From contig OZ316897.1 of NCBI GenBank assembly GCA_973895155.1, positions 23,101,455 to 23,165,454 on the forward strand: a stretch of 64,000 nt of DNA, read 5' to 3'. The number at the start of each line of letters is the position of its first letter. Positions within the stretch are counted from its first letter, which is position 1. Shown one piece after another: positions 45,272 to 58,992 of this stretch. Made by a program: the position numbers and the translations under genes. The stretch is from Marsupella aquatica. Taxonomy: Eukaryota > Plantae > Marchantiophyta. Below the pieces are notes generated by a model. That model was not told where the DNA came from. It worked only from the letters and a program-made list of their open reading frames with translations, and ran no database searches.

Positions 45272-47114
45272 ATGAAGGTCCATTCCCACATTCTCGTGTT
45301 TTCGTGCGTAGGGTTAGTCGCATACTGTTTGCCATTTGAGGCACCCCGGCCCGCATGTGTGAAAGGAGGTTGTCTTTCGTTTGATTTCCGCTGATTGCCT
45401 GAAGTTTCGTCTCACATCTGTTTGCATGTGTTACAGCTCAACATCGCTAACCCCACTACGGGGTGTCAAAAGAAGGTCGAAATCGATGACGATCAGAAGC
45501 TGTGAGTCTACATGCACAACCATGTTGGGTCCAATGTTTTCCAGTTCGTGCACACATCGAGTCTTATTGAAAATTAACACCCTTCCAGAGTTTGGTAGAA
45601 CCTTGTCTGCTGGGCGCGTTTCTCATCTTGTGTCTGTTTTTACGTCAGCCGCGGCTTCTTCGACAAACGCTTGTCTCAGGAGGTTTCCGGAGACCAGCTC
45701 GGTGATGTAAGTATTCTTCATCCTCTGGTTGTCTGAGAAGATTGCTGTTCTATCCAGCAGCAGCTTGGTTAACTACCATAGTAGCAGAAATTGACCTTTC
45801 CGACTTTGGTGGTGTTTCACTTAGATCCTCCCTGATGTCCTTGATCTACAGCACACCTTATGGATAACAGATTTGGTTCGATCTTGCAGGAGTTCAAGGG
45901 TTACGTGTTTAAGATTATGGGTGGTTGCGACAAGCAGGGTTTCCCAATGAAGCAGGGAGTCCTCACCCAGGGTCGCGTGCAGATTCTGATGCATCGAGGT
46001 ATATATCATCGTCCAACTCTCCTCCCCGAGTTTCCCGTTGTACACAGTTTGCCTCGTTGATATTGTGTTTATACAAGACCGTCTAAGGCTGTGCCGCGTA
46101 GTTTAACACTTGGTTGGGTACTTCTTATCCGACCCAATTTTTCTGTGAAGGCGTTATTTATGTTATTTATGAATGTCATTCGTGCGGATTTTGTAGTTTC
46201 CCGCAAGGCTCTGTCAATTCTCATATGGCTCCTGGGTGTCTGTTACGCAGGTGTGTCCTGCTTTCGTGGACACGGAAGGCGCAAAGGAGAACGCCGACGA
46301 AAGTCTGTGCGAGGCTGCATTGTCAGCCCCGACTTGTCGGTGTTGAATCTCGTCATTGTTAAGCAAGGTGCGGTTTTTGTCGTTTAGGGATTTGTAATCC
46401 CTCTGTACTCATGTCGTATCAGTCGTTGTAAATTGCAGTTGACGCTGAGTACTACATCAATGCTGGCATGCTTTGTTGTAGAGGATTGGTGTTATCTCTT
46501 TTATGCCCGCGTTTTGATGTCTACTGGAATTCAGGAGACAACGATCTTCCCGGACTTACCGACACTGAAAAACCGAGGATGCGTGGGCCGAAGAGGGCGA
46601 CTAAGATTAGGAAGTTGTTCAATCTCTCTAAGGAGGATGACGTGAGGAAATATGTTAACACCTACCGCCGTACCTTCACATCGGCCACTGGTAAACTTCT
46701 ATCGTTTTTTCTAGTTATTGCACGTCTCCATGTTTTACATGTTGAAACATTCGCCGGGCTTCTTTCTTATAAGTTCGTCACAAAAATTCGCCTGGGTGCC
46801 GCCTAGGGTTTCCGCTACGGTGCTAGGGTTTCAATATAAGTAAAGAACAGTCTCACCAATTCGCATGATATTACGCAGGTAAGAAGCGCAGCAAGGCCCC
46901 CAAAATTCAGAGGCTCGTGACACCGCTCACTCTCCAGAGGAAGCGTGCTAGACTCGCCGAGAAGAAAAAGCGAGTTGCAAAGGCGAAGTCTGAAGCCGGT
47001 GAGTACCAAAAGCTTCTCGCATTGCGATTGAAGGAGCAAAAGGAGCACAGGGGCGAGAGTTTGGCAAAGAAGAGAGCTTCTCGTCTCTCAGTGGCGTCCG
47101 CATCTGCCGTGTAG
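45272..47114 (+). CDS. RPS6: 40S ribosomal protein S6 (eS6), 7 exons
   Basis: MK|[22 protein letters not shown]|[12 protein letters not shown]..|[87 protein letters not shown]. All introns are GT-AG. Confidence 0.97.
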
Positions 47115-49433
47115 AGTAGTCCTTACAGAACGGGTAACGTCCCGTCGCACCTTTTTGACGAGTCGGAGTTCTGAGCCATTGGCAATTTGGGAACACATCA
47201 TTGTAGACATGGCGGGTGATAGAGTTTTGTAGGGATGCGTTGACCGAGGGGTTCTTGATTCTTGCTATGCACGGATCTACAAATCTATGCCATCAATAAT
47301 GTGATGACAATGGCACTTTATGAAATGTTAAATCGCTTGCTTCCCTTGTTTCCAATCGAGTTATTCAACTAACTCTGAAATGGAGATGGACCGATACTAC
47401 ACTGGTTGAAGATGAAGTAGTGTCATTTTGTACATGCCGCTACGTCTAGCGAATGAATCCAAGGCTTTGAACGAGATGATTGCTGGCATAGCGACCTCCT
47501 TTACAAATGAAGAAATCTACCGTGTGAACTAACTGAAGTATCATAATGTTACCCTTTTCTGCTCCCTGCAACTTACCCTGGATTTAAGGCGTCTCTCTTA
47601 CTTTTTGCAACCATCGTTGGACTGATAGGTCATAGAGATTACTTACAGTAGTTGGGCACATTCCAGTGGAGATCAAGGTGAAAGGGATTACGACAGTCTA
47701 CTTTTTGTGAAATGGCTGCTCTCGACTTCTCTTTGCGACCACATCTACTGTATCTTCTACACGTGGGTGAAGCAACTTGACGTGTGTGTAGGTGAAGGTC
47801 TGTCCGATTACTTGGGATAACTGCCTTCCAATCCAAAACCAAGATAGTTTGTGCTTGCCTGAATATAACCACAGATTTGGTCGTTTAAACAATCTACAAG
47901 ATCCCCATGAAGATGGTCTGTTCAATACTGGATCCAGTCAGTCTTCGAGACCAGGAACATCGCACAGAAACAAGTTTTCGAACAAGTCGACCAAGCACAC
48001 GTTCCCGAACCCTGACCACTTTTTGTTGTGCGGGGCAAATGTAGAGCACAGTTCATCTACGTAAGAGAGCATTAAGGCATGACAACTCCTGATTATTGCA
48101 AAGCCACCCTGGGTTTACCACGAGCCCGTGCCCACATAGAACACTCTTAGCTGCCGCATTTGAAACAGCACATCAAACTAGTGCTCCAAACGATGCCTAA
48201 CCTGGCTGCGGGCTAATGAAGAGCAGATTAAAGTAGTGCTCCAGAGGGTGTTTCACCTGTCTGCTGCCAAACAGGTTGTCTTAGATTAGGAGACACCCTC
48301 TGGAGACCTGTATGTCCAGGGAGACCTAGTTCATAGCAGTACGGATCCCCCTTGTATTTTATTAAGGGAGATACCCTAGTTCTAGCAGTACGTTGAGGGC
48401 TATTGATGGTTTTCTATTGGCTGACTGAACAGATCGAATATGCATGCTGTTGGAACTTAAGCTGACGAGGCCTTCAGCTTACAATACTGCCTTTTGTCAA
48501 CATATATAAAAGCGTGTAGTGATTGGCAATGAGATAGAATATCTGGAAAGTAGCTGAAGTGGCAAGCTCTGAATGGCCAAAAAGTGTAGAAAACCATTGA
48601 TCACAATTGTAAAACATTTCATTGTCACAGGGCAGCAAAGCAGTGGGAGCACAATCCTTGGGTCGTCGAGATTAGGGCCACTACAGGGGCGTCCCACATA
48701 AACTCGTAATCATGCAGCACACGTTGTCGCTAATGCTCATTCGCAGTGGTCAGCTTGAGAAACAGAGTCTTTCCTTCTCTCGATTGACAATTTGATTTCA
48801 CCCACAGTTCAATCTTGAGATGGGAAACCACAGGTTTGACAACAAAAGTGGAGTTCACACTGCGAAGATGAAGGAAGCTTGCTTTATTAAAAATAAAGTT
48901 GACGACAAAATTCTTGAGAAAAACTCGAGTACTTGCGTTTGTTTCAAATTTCTTTCTTTAACAACGGCAGACGTTAGCTGTAAGCTCTAGAATCCCAAAC
49001 AACATGCCAGTTGACCAAAAACCACCTTAAGTGGCTTCGAACTCTCCATTCCAACTGGCTACTTTTGATCATACGCCCCCAAATTACCAAGATGCCTGGT
49101 CCCAGTGAAGGAAGATACCTACGCAACGCAGCTTGAGCGAGGACAACGAAGTGTTTCCTTTCATGTACCAAAAAGAATGTGAATTGCTCGAATTGTTCAC
49201 ATTATGAGGATGCTTCTAATCTCCAGGACAAGGCTGTCTATCTTGCTTGCTCAAGAATGGGTCAATATTTACAGCCTATAATGTCGTATACTACGCCCTT
49301 CTTAATCATGTTCGTCAGAAACTCAACTGCCGTGCATAAAATGTCCCTTTTGAGCTCATGCCTAATTAATCCCTTTTGAGGCCTAGGTGTCACGTCATCA
49401 CAAACTTACATAAGAAGTTGCCAAAATGCTATG

Positions 49434-52400
49434 TTATTTCGAATAGAGAATGTCATAATGACCTGGTCGGTAAAGTAGAACCACATTTGGAGTAGTTCCA
49501 GAATAGTCAGCCGGGAGAAAATCATGATGATTTACCTCGGCATTCTTTCCATCACTTCCCCCACTTCGATCGAGATAGACCACACGAACTGGGACACCCA
49601 ATGCATCGGACAGAGCTGTGATGTGGACATGGTCACTTTCTTCACCCATGGGCTCTACAGATGTTTTACAAAACTGTAACATCAAGCAAACGGAGAGAAC
49701 GTCAAAAGTAAGATCGGACGTGTACACCCATTTCCTGTGCAAGTTAAGTAGAAGGTCTAAAATGAGGACTGCGAGGGACATTTGCCTCTATTCATCGCAC
49801 TCTTTGTTCTGCAGGAGGGCGAAGGTATTAATGCAAACAAAAGGACCGGCCAGAACCACGTTAAGACTCATAACGACAATCACGAAAGATCCTCTCGAGA
49901 CAACATGATCAGTGCAGCAGCTTCCTACTTCTGCTCAGGAACCAACTGAGATCAAACCCTGTTAACACCTTTCTGAAACAACAAGATCCGTTGCTCACTA
50001 AGTCTGGAGAGCTTATTAATCGCATCGATAATCCTCCTGGACGATGGACCGTTATTGAATCTCATGTGGAATTCTTTGTACTAAAATCGGGAGTAATAGC
50101 TCAGTGTATAGACTTGCAATAGTCGTCCCTTAAACCTCATACCTGAGCATCATGATCTTGACATTTTCATTGGCTCAAGAGATAGGTAAGGGTCGTCCCT
50201 GCATCCGTTCTGAACATCGGTACTGCCGATATTGTACTCTATCAGAGATGGATGATATTGTGTTTTACCTGCAGGAAACTGTAAAGTATTCCTTTCCTCT
50301 ACTCTATCTTCTGCGCGACTACCTATGCTTGTAAAGGAACTCCTGGAAACAAGGACCATGCTTATGTAGGTCATCTGGACGATCACTAAATCCTCTCCAT
50401 TGCCTGGCATTTACCAGTGCCTTTCCACCATAGACCGCATGCGATAGATGTACGACTACACTTGAACAAGCTTGATGCTAATTTATTGACACATTAACTG
50501 TGCCTATTTCCTTTTGTGACACTACAGAATCTCTTGGAGTTGTGTCCTTCCTGTCCTCTGTCCCCTTTCAAAGATCTGGGGAATTTGAATGCTATTCATT
50601 CCTGAGAACATCGGACTCTCCACTGTCCAACTTAAAACGTTCAGGAAGGCTTTTGAGGTCTGTGGTGCTGTAACCACTTATTCACACTAGTCGTATGATT
50701 GATTGTTTGAGTTATCTGACTAGCAATGAGCTCCACAAAGTTGAGTATTAAACATAATCTGAATTCTAAAATGAAGGTCGGTTATAGCTGTACCTGCTGG
50801 ACATTCATGTTGCTTAAACCCAGAACAAAAGGTTCAAAAAACTCTGCTCGCTTCCGTATTTCAGCAGACGTCACAAATCTGAAAAACATGACGACTAAAC
50901 AAGCACCAATATAAGGTATAGATTATAAAATCCCTTGCCGAGCTTTTGCACACGAGCCTTAGCAGCACCACACCATAATGACCTTATAATTTTCCTGTCT
51001 CGGGTAAACAAATACAACGTACCATAATCTGATATGTAGCGGTCCCGACAATGTTCAACAAGGGTGTCAAGACTGGAAAGCAAACAACGTAATCCTGTTA
51101 GGTATCGAGCCCGTGTTTGTCGATCGGTGCGGCATCAAATTATCCCATTACCCACTAGTAGGTCAGGGAGATCGGAACTCAAAATGGATGAGGGAAGTAC
51201 AACCAGACTCCGGTCATAAAAGAAAGTAGAACATGCTCATATACATAGGTTGATATTTATGTAGACATGAATGTCACATTTACCACTTGGCCTAGTACCC
51301 GTCAATTAACCTGCGTAAATCTGCATGACGTTTGCTTATTTTCCTTTCACAAACACTCTTGAAGTGGCTGTGCATTAAGAGCATACCTTATGGAAGTTTC
51401 CCGACCTGGCAGGACACTCTCCAGCTGCTCAACGAAGATCTGAGTCGATCCAAACAAGCAGATGGACAATAGGGATCAAAAGGTGGCCCACGTTACATCA
51501 GTCCTACACATCAAAAGAACAGCATGAATCAAGACTTCAACAATTTGGACAATTACCTAATTTTTTAAAAGATGAACTGGCAATAGAAAATGCATACAAT
51601 CATTCCAAACAATCTGCTCTGACATGACAATTTAGTAGGCTTTTGACACGAGTGGTCTCTATCACTAGAAAATAGACCCTCGCCTGCATTTCATTCACGC
51701 GAACTCACTCACGCCATGTGTGGACTGTCTCAACCCTAAAGTGCACCATAGCCAACAGGAGGTACATTTACAAAGGCTAATGAGGGAATTGCTTAGCCAA
51801 CCCGGTTCAATCTCAAGAGCTCTGGCCAAAACCACGGTTGGGTATAGCATCCAGAATCTAGATTACTACAAAACACGAAAAGCAGCTCAAACTCAACCCT
51901 ATTTGCTGTAAAAATGTAAGTATGATCCGGTTCAGATGATCTTTAGCGCGGAGCAATGATCACTTTATTACCGAAAGAAAATCTTCAAAGGTAAACTCTG
52001 CGTAGCCAAGCTCGACCAAAGTATTTTTGCACTGCTCAATGCTTCTTATCACCCGTTCAACCTCCGCTCCATCCTTTGTGTCCAAGATATGCTCCTGACA
52101 GATAGGATCACATCAACATGATAGCATATATTCATGAATGTACCCCTCTAGTTGTACAAAAACAAAGACAGTTTATAGGTAAGTTTGGAGCACTTACAAG
52201 ATAAGAAAACATAAAACTTCGAAAGAAACAGTTTCCATCACCTCGAGCCCGTCTTATAGCACCATATGTCTCACCGAGATTCTGCAAAGGATACAATTTA
52301 GTTGGCCAAATGCGGCAATACTTAGCAATGATCCAGTCATTCTTACGACAATCCATGTAATGTCTAACGAGTAAAGACTTCTCTCACACCTTATATATGA

Positions 52401-53767
52401 GGCACAGAACAAAGAAAATTACGGCTCGTCGTATTTAGAAAGAAGGTCAAAAGTATCCTCAGGTAGAAAAGGGCCTCTTGTTCATCTGCGTATAGTACCT
52501 CAACTTTTGCCCGAAAAACTGGATTGCCAGCCTCGTACTCCACAGCCAGCACTGATAGCGGCTCCTGCATTACAGAAATTATCAGCAGCATGTCCGCACA
52601 GAACCTTTTCATCTACACATTAGCTCACCAATGTGGTCACAACGGAAGCAAGAATCTGGAATAACTCTAGTAGTTTAATTATCATAACGCGCTGGGTGAG
52701 TGCAAAAGATAGGTTGCATCGTATTCTTGTCTGTGATTTTCAACCTTTAAGAGCGCATCTTATGTATCCAGTAATGCAGAAGCTCAGACATGCCCAGATG
52801 CAGCGAATTTTATTAATACAGAACAGAGGTCCAGTTCAAGGTGTAACTAGGTACACATCCTCGGGACACTCAAGGATTAAAAATATCTTAGTTGTAAAAG
52901 TTTTTGAAATCACTGGACAGTGCTACGTCAATGCTCAATATTCAAAACATATGAGGAAGAATGCAGCAGTTCATCGAAGTCAATAATAGGAGCACTTGAT
53001 AGGAATTTCTCTGAGCTCGATGTATTGTTTTCCCAAATGAAATCCACCTTAAACAAGCGACTGACAATCACTTCGAATTAGATAGGTCATCCAGTAGGTA
53101 CTTGCTCCAATTCAGAACCCTAATTGCGACCTGTAGTATGTAACATTATGATAAACAACTCATGCAGCGACTTGAGAACGTCCGGAAACCCTTAACGGCT
53201 CCAATGTTGATCATCTCCAACTCCCAGCCCTGATTAAGGACTGGGATCTAGGCATTCACCGAACCTTGACAAGCCCGTGGCACACTTAAAGGTTATATTA
53301 CTGGAACAGACACAAAACCCATCTCACACGATGAAGTATGCCAAAAGTTACACTCGACCATTGTCTTCCTCCCATGATGCGACAAAGAAACCGGATAATC
53401 CTGGTTCAATTTGAACCTCAACTTTTGACAACCTAATATGCAAACTCCGGATATACACGTTTGTGAGGGCGCGGATCTCATCACTATTTTTGAGTGCACA
53501 AACTAAATTTTGTCAGATACTTATAGGCTCCAGCCACGAAGTAACAGCGATAAAGAATTAGAAAAACCATCGGTTCTACCAAATGTACGAAAAAATCTCC
53601 AGGTGACTTTTCAAAGTTGAAGGGCACTCTGCACAAACCTTCTCTCCCACAAATTCCAACTTCTCAGCGTCGGCAGCGCGGATAGCGTGGTGGAATGCCA
53701 GAATTTCGTCATCACGTGGCCGATCGTCCTCATTTGTCGCGGTCTCAGAGTTCATAATTGGATGCAA
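49434..53767 (-). CDS. OTU1: Otubain-type OTU deubiquitinase (OTUB1-like, peptidase C65), multi-exon
   Basis: IRRARGDGNCFFRSFMFSYL (catalytic Cys), SDYVVMFFRFVTS, FCKTSVEPMGEESDHVHITAL and LLYRPGHYDILY (catalytic His). Start at 53767 or 53755. Confidence 0.93.
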
Positions 53768-55607
53768 TGTGGCTCAGATCGAAGAAATTTGAGTAAGGCA
53801 AAGGAAATGCGAACGAAGAAAGTAGAATAATGCGATTTACAGTCCAGTGGGATCCGCAATGCCCAAGCGAATAGAATATGCAAGACCTAGTTTACAGAGG
53901 AAAAGGAAAAGGAAAAGTAATTTGGATGATTACTACTCTGGAGACAATCGACAAGACGCTGCCTCTGTACGCCTGACCAAAGCGGACTCGTGTCTTAGTC
54001 TGGGACGATAAAAGCGATGGCTTCGCAACATTCATTCAATGGTAGGACCACTCTGCCTGAACTCTCGAATCCACATGTACTGTAGTATAAAGCAAAATCG
54101 AAACAATTGGCACTCTTCGGAGCATATGCGTGTGGTGCTCAGCTGACAGAGGCCCGTGTGCTGGGTAAAGAAATCCGTCGCCTCGCTTCCGCACCTAAGT
54201 GAGGGTGCGCGCCAATTTGAGAATTCCTTGTTCCATGCGACTCCGGCACCCTGCCCTTTTCTTTTGTCCCGCCCTCACAAGAGGTAAACTTGTTGGCCAC
54301 TGTCCGTGAAAAAGTTACACGGCTAATAGACGTGTTTATAAGATAATTGTACTACTCTGAGTATCAAAACCATGTTTCAAACATGTCCAGCGTAATTTTC
54401 CCAATTTTCAGGAGCATGAAAGAAAAAATCGTTTGTCTCCAAGGATAGATTGGTTCCTTGCATCATTCAATTTTCAAAGCGAGTCTCCACATGTTTGCAG
54501 TTTACCAGGCTTCTAGGCCAAATTGGTTAATTTAATTAGAGAGCGACATGGACATTGGCTTTGGTGTTGTCGGAATATGTTGGTTTGCAGAAAGCAAATT
54601 CAACCAACCCGGGGATCCATACCCATACTGGTTCTGCCCAAACAATCAGTGTTGCCTGAAGTTAGTCCTCCTTACCCAATTTTACTGGTATCCTACCTAG
54701 ACTTCCCAGAAAGGTTCGAGTCGCCCGTGGCACTAACCTGTCAGATGAGGAAGTCCTTTGTCTTCAAGAGAATGGCGTGAATGTGGATCACTATATTGAT
54801 GAAATGGAAAATGGAGTGGTTAGCGGCGGTGACATAATTTTGGATTTGAACAAATATATGGAGAAAATGGATCCAACAAGGCCCAACGTTTGCCATGGTC
54901 GACGCAAAGGCAATGCTTGACGAAGGAGGTCAGAAACCACTAAGGAAGGACTGAAACATATACAGAGTGCTAAGACAGAGTCCATGGTAAGCACTTCAAA
55001 GAGAAAAGTTGAAAACAGGGAATTACTGGTCTCGGAGTGATGATGAAGAACATCAACAAGGCTCAATTTTCAATGCATTGTGTGCAGACATGTGTCTTTC
55101 CAACTTGTTTGTCCAAGGATTTCATGTAAAGGGAATCAAGCTTCAGATTCTATTCCCCTTGCAAGCACTTTTACTGGTGCTTTGCAAACATATGTAAACG
55201 ATATATAGACAACAACCAATGCATTAACCAACCTCTCTTGACTCTAGCTGAGGTCCGTGAACTTGTGTTACATGCTGATATCCATTGAGGTCCTGTCTCA
55301 GATGTTCATGACAAGGACGGTGACTGGATATGGTTAGGGTTGGTTTTTTAGCAGTGATAGCGATGATGCCTAGGATTTGGAGTATGTACTTTGTATGACC
55401 CATGATGTACTCATGATTTTGTAAACCAAACTTTTTACTATGTGCAGTCTCCATGCAATATGGACGTATTGCTGAGAATGTAATTGTATGATTGACAATC
55501 TTTTAAACATTCCATCTCGGCGATATCTCCAACATTTGAAAGCAAAGGCCATCCCATCTTGGAGGTAGAGGGTCTTTGAGAATGATGCATTGTTCTCGGG
55601 TAGGCTA

Positions 55608-55848
55608 TGAGCAATATTCATATCTTATCTGAGGCTCAAACGACAAGGAGCAATATTCCAACAAAGTCTCATCTTAGAGAGGCTCTATGAGATGGAACAA
55701 TATTTATGTAGTCTCATCTCAAAGAGGCGCTCTGAGATGGAGCAATATTCCTGTCAAGTCTCATCTTAGAGAGGCGCTCTGAGATGGAGCCCTAAATCCA
55801 AGTCTCATCTCAGAGAGGCGCTCTATGGAGCAAGATTCCTGTCAAGTC
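55608..55848. repeat. ~45-bp degenerate tandem repeat, ~5 copies
   Basis: gagcaatattcc..aagtctcatcttagagaggcgctctgagatg units. Confidence 0.85.
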
Positions 55849-55888
55849 AGGTTTATGGCTTCCTCATACCCCAAGCAATTCATCCCTA

Positions 55889-56775
55889 TCCTTAGTTATT
55901 TTTAGAGACCCAGTCAACATGACAAGAAAAATTAGATGCTAAAGGACGCCTCTGTACAGTTTTCTGTACAACCCTAAAGCCTATACCATACACTAGCAGT
56001 ACATATATCTCTGACAAGTTTTTTTTAATGTGGGGGGCCTCTCTGAGATTCACCCAAAACAGACTAATAACTAATGAAGTTACCATCCTCCCTTATTGAC
56101 CAAGGACACATTAGCCCCAAATATAGAATGGCCACAATGATAATTGATTGTAGCAATGAAATAGTCCGTGCAACAATGAAATGGCTGTAACAACAATTTG
56201 GCAACGCACGGACAATGGGTTCGTATATATATCGTATTTTAAATCAAACATTATAGAAAGATATCTATTTTGTGCTTCCAATTGTTTCTTCTCTTTTTTA
56301 ATCCTGTTAAAAGGGGGAGGGAAGGAGCCATAGAGCTAGGGAGGGAGACTGAAAGGTGAGAAAGGGAGGGTGCCACAAAGAGGAGAACAAAAGGGAGAGG
56401 AAAAAAGGGAATTTCTCTCCCTGGATATAGCACAGGGCAACCATATTTGACCCCGTGATGCTCCAGTTACGGCCACCCAAATTCCGCTCCTTCCCATGCT
56501 CTCACCATCCCCAACAACATTGCTTTTACAACAACACCTTGGGGACATGTTTTGCCTCAACATCTTTCCCTCGCCTTGACAATTTTTATCTCCTTGACAT
56601 ATTTTCTCTCCTCAACATCTTTTACTCACCTCAACATCATTTTCTCACCTTGACATTTTTCTCTCATTTACATTTCTCATCTTGACATATTTCTCTCCAC
56701 TCAACATCTTTTTCTCTCCTCGACATCTATTTTTCACCTCAACATCTTCTATGCAACGCAGGGGCATTGGGCTAT
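55889..56775 (+). mobile_element. Second, more degraded Helitron-like copy
   Basis: Shares the ctcaccttgacattttttctc / caacatc low-complexity array and the 3' end tgcaacgcagg..tgggcta with 43203-44690. The 5' boundary is uncertain. Confidence 0.55.
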
Positions 56776-56900
56776 ATATCATAAATGTGTTAACTGATAA
56801 CTACTGTAGGATGTACCCTGGATCAGATTTTTAGATCACCTGTGGTGGTTTAAAAACAGGAGAGGACATGCCACCAAAAGAAAAAACTATGGGGCTGCAA

Positions 56901-58992
56901 TTTTGAGGTTGCTATATGGCTAAACATAGTCTAGCAACCTTGTTAATTTTATTCAAATTGTTTGAAATGTATTTTTATATTAATTTTGGATTATTCAATG
57001 TCTCACATGCATTATTTTTACTTCAGTAATTTTTTCAACCCCTTTAATTAATTTATTTTCTTAGTTTTTAGTTGGTATGTTTTTCTTTACTAGCTGTCCT
57101 CATTATTTGCATGAGAAGAATTTATCTCTCCAGGCTGAACTAGGCAACTACTGTTGTACTCTGTCCAAGGATGCTCAGTGTAGCTTATATATCCATTGGT
57201 TGAAAGTTTACAATGCTTATGCTTATGGATCTGGATCAACAGGTGTGTCACCTAAATAGAGAGCCACTCCAAATAGATAAAGGGATACAAAGTTAAAGTA
57301 TTTCCCTTTCCCCTCTTTTTTTTCACCTTCACTTGGTTTTTGACTTATCTAAAAGAATTGAAATGAGGACACATTTTAATTTCACTAGTTTATGAAAAAC
57401 AAGTATTGAAAGAATGATTATAAGAAAGTTAATGAAAAAACTACACACCTTTTTAAAAGTGAGAAAATACAATACTACATATGCATTAATTTCAAGGTAC
57501 TACCATCTTCCCCCGAACACAAGGCCCGGGCACTATATTCAAATAGTGAGCCAAGGGGTGCTCTATTCGAATACAGTGCCCAAGGCGCTGTGTTTGAGTT
57601 TGAAGTCTGTCAATATTTTCATTTTTTGGACTTGTGGCGTTGTGTTCGAAATGTGGCGTTGTGTTCAAATTTAAGGTAATGTGCCTGAATTTTGGCTTTG
57701 TGAGATGCATGTAGGGTGTAAGTAGGAATGATAGGCATAGAAGTTATGTGTATTAGAGAGGAGTGTGTTCAAGTTTAGGGTTTTTGACTTCCCAACAATA
57801 TTTGCTCAAGTCAAAGGATGTGTAGCTAAATAATTGAACCACTTAAATTACACAAGGGGAGAATTCACATTTCAATAGAAAACAAAACCTGACAAACCAT
57901 ACATACCAAGTGTACTATTATCACTTAGTAAAACATATTTGTCCACTTTTCACAGTTGTTTGGTTTACTGTGGCCAATTTGCTCGTTTCTATTATTTAAT
58001 CTTTTTTCATGCAGCCTGGAATGTTCGTGAGACTGCTTTGTTTCTATTGGAGTGCCTTGATCTCGAGGGCAATGGAAAATTGGAAATAGAGAAAGTGAGT
58101 CATCAGACCTAATTATGTACATAGGCACTATGGGTTTCTTTGACAAGACACAGTGGCGTCAGTCAGAGGTTGATGTGAAAGACCGTTGAAAGTTCACACA
58201 ACACAAGAATATATTGATACTTCCGGATTGCTGCTTAACATTTTGGAAAGAGCACACACTTCTCCGAGAATAAAGGATTTTGAAATTAGCTTACATTTCT
58301 CAAAGGACGATGGATTTAGTAAGTTGAAAGTGCGGATGTGTCGGACAATTTTAAGTAACGTATTGTAGTTGCAACCCAGTTACCTTTCTCCTATAGTCAC
58401 TTGTGAACACAAAGTCAATTTTGAACACAGCGCCCAGGCGTTGTGTTAATATGGTGCTGTGTTTGAGTGAAAACGTCTTTTTTGCCTAAAGTCCCTGTTT
58501 TGACCATATTCAAACACAGCGCTCGGGCGCTGTGTTCGGGGGAAGACAGTAGTCAATGTACTTGTATAAGCACACCACTTTATGATTCAAAGAGCATGAA
58601 CTACTGAACTTTGTTTTCTTAAATTTTTTGCTCTATTTGGGCTCTTTATCTAGGTGACACCTGTTCTTGAATAAACCATGAACAATGTAAATTCTATAAC
58701 CAATGGAATATAAGGTGCACTCATCAATGAATGGTGTACTAGTTGCTTGGTTGAAGGGTCTAACTTCTCATGCAAGTAAGGAAATATGTCCCTCAAAATG
58801 TTATTGAAAATATAGGGGACCTAATAAAAACTAAGAAAATTAAAAAAGTTAAAGGGGTTGCCAAAAATGACTAAATTGTAAATAATACATGACTGAAGCA
58901 TGGACTAGGCCAAATTAACATAAAATACATCTCAATCAAATTGAATGAGACAAGATAGCCAAAGAGTGTCCCGCCATATAGCAGCCTCAAAA
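56901..58992. mobile_element. Foldback or Mutator-like non-autonomous element with long diverged TIRs
   Basis: Nested inverted block pairs: ttttgaggttgctatatggc / gccatatagcagcctcaaaa; caacccctttaa / ttaaaggggttg; ttgcatgagaag / cttctcatgcaa; acaggtgtgtcacctaaatag / tctaggtgacacctgt. Confidence 0.7.
57503..58549. mobile_element. Tc1/mariner(pogo)-like MITE with TA TSD nested in the foldback element
   Basis: TA|ccatcttcccccgaacac ... gtgttcgggggaagacag|TA, with subterminal palindromes of the type aacacagcgcyc.ggcgytgtgtt. Confidence 0.8.

Noticed and set aside
47301-47378. Possible C/D snoRNA (GTGATGA ... CTGA) downstream of RPS6
   Set aside because: It lies in the probable 3' UTR, has a weak terminal stem and no convincing rRNA antisense element.
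55608-55848. CRISPR-like appearance of regularly spaced repeats (also 10443-10780, 40520-41010, 60257-60432)
   Set aside because: Units are degenerate and contiguous, without unique constant-length spacers. There are no cas genes and the context is eukaryotic.
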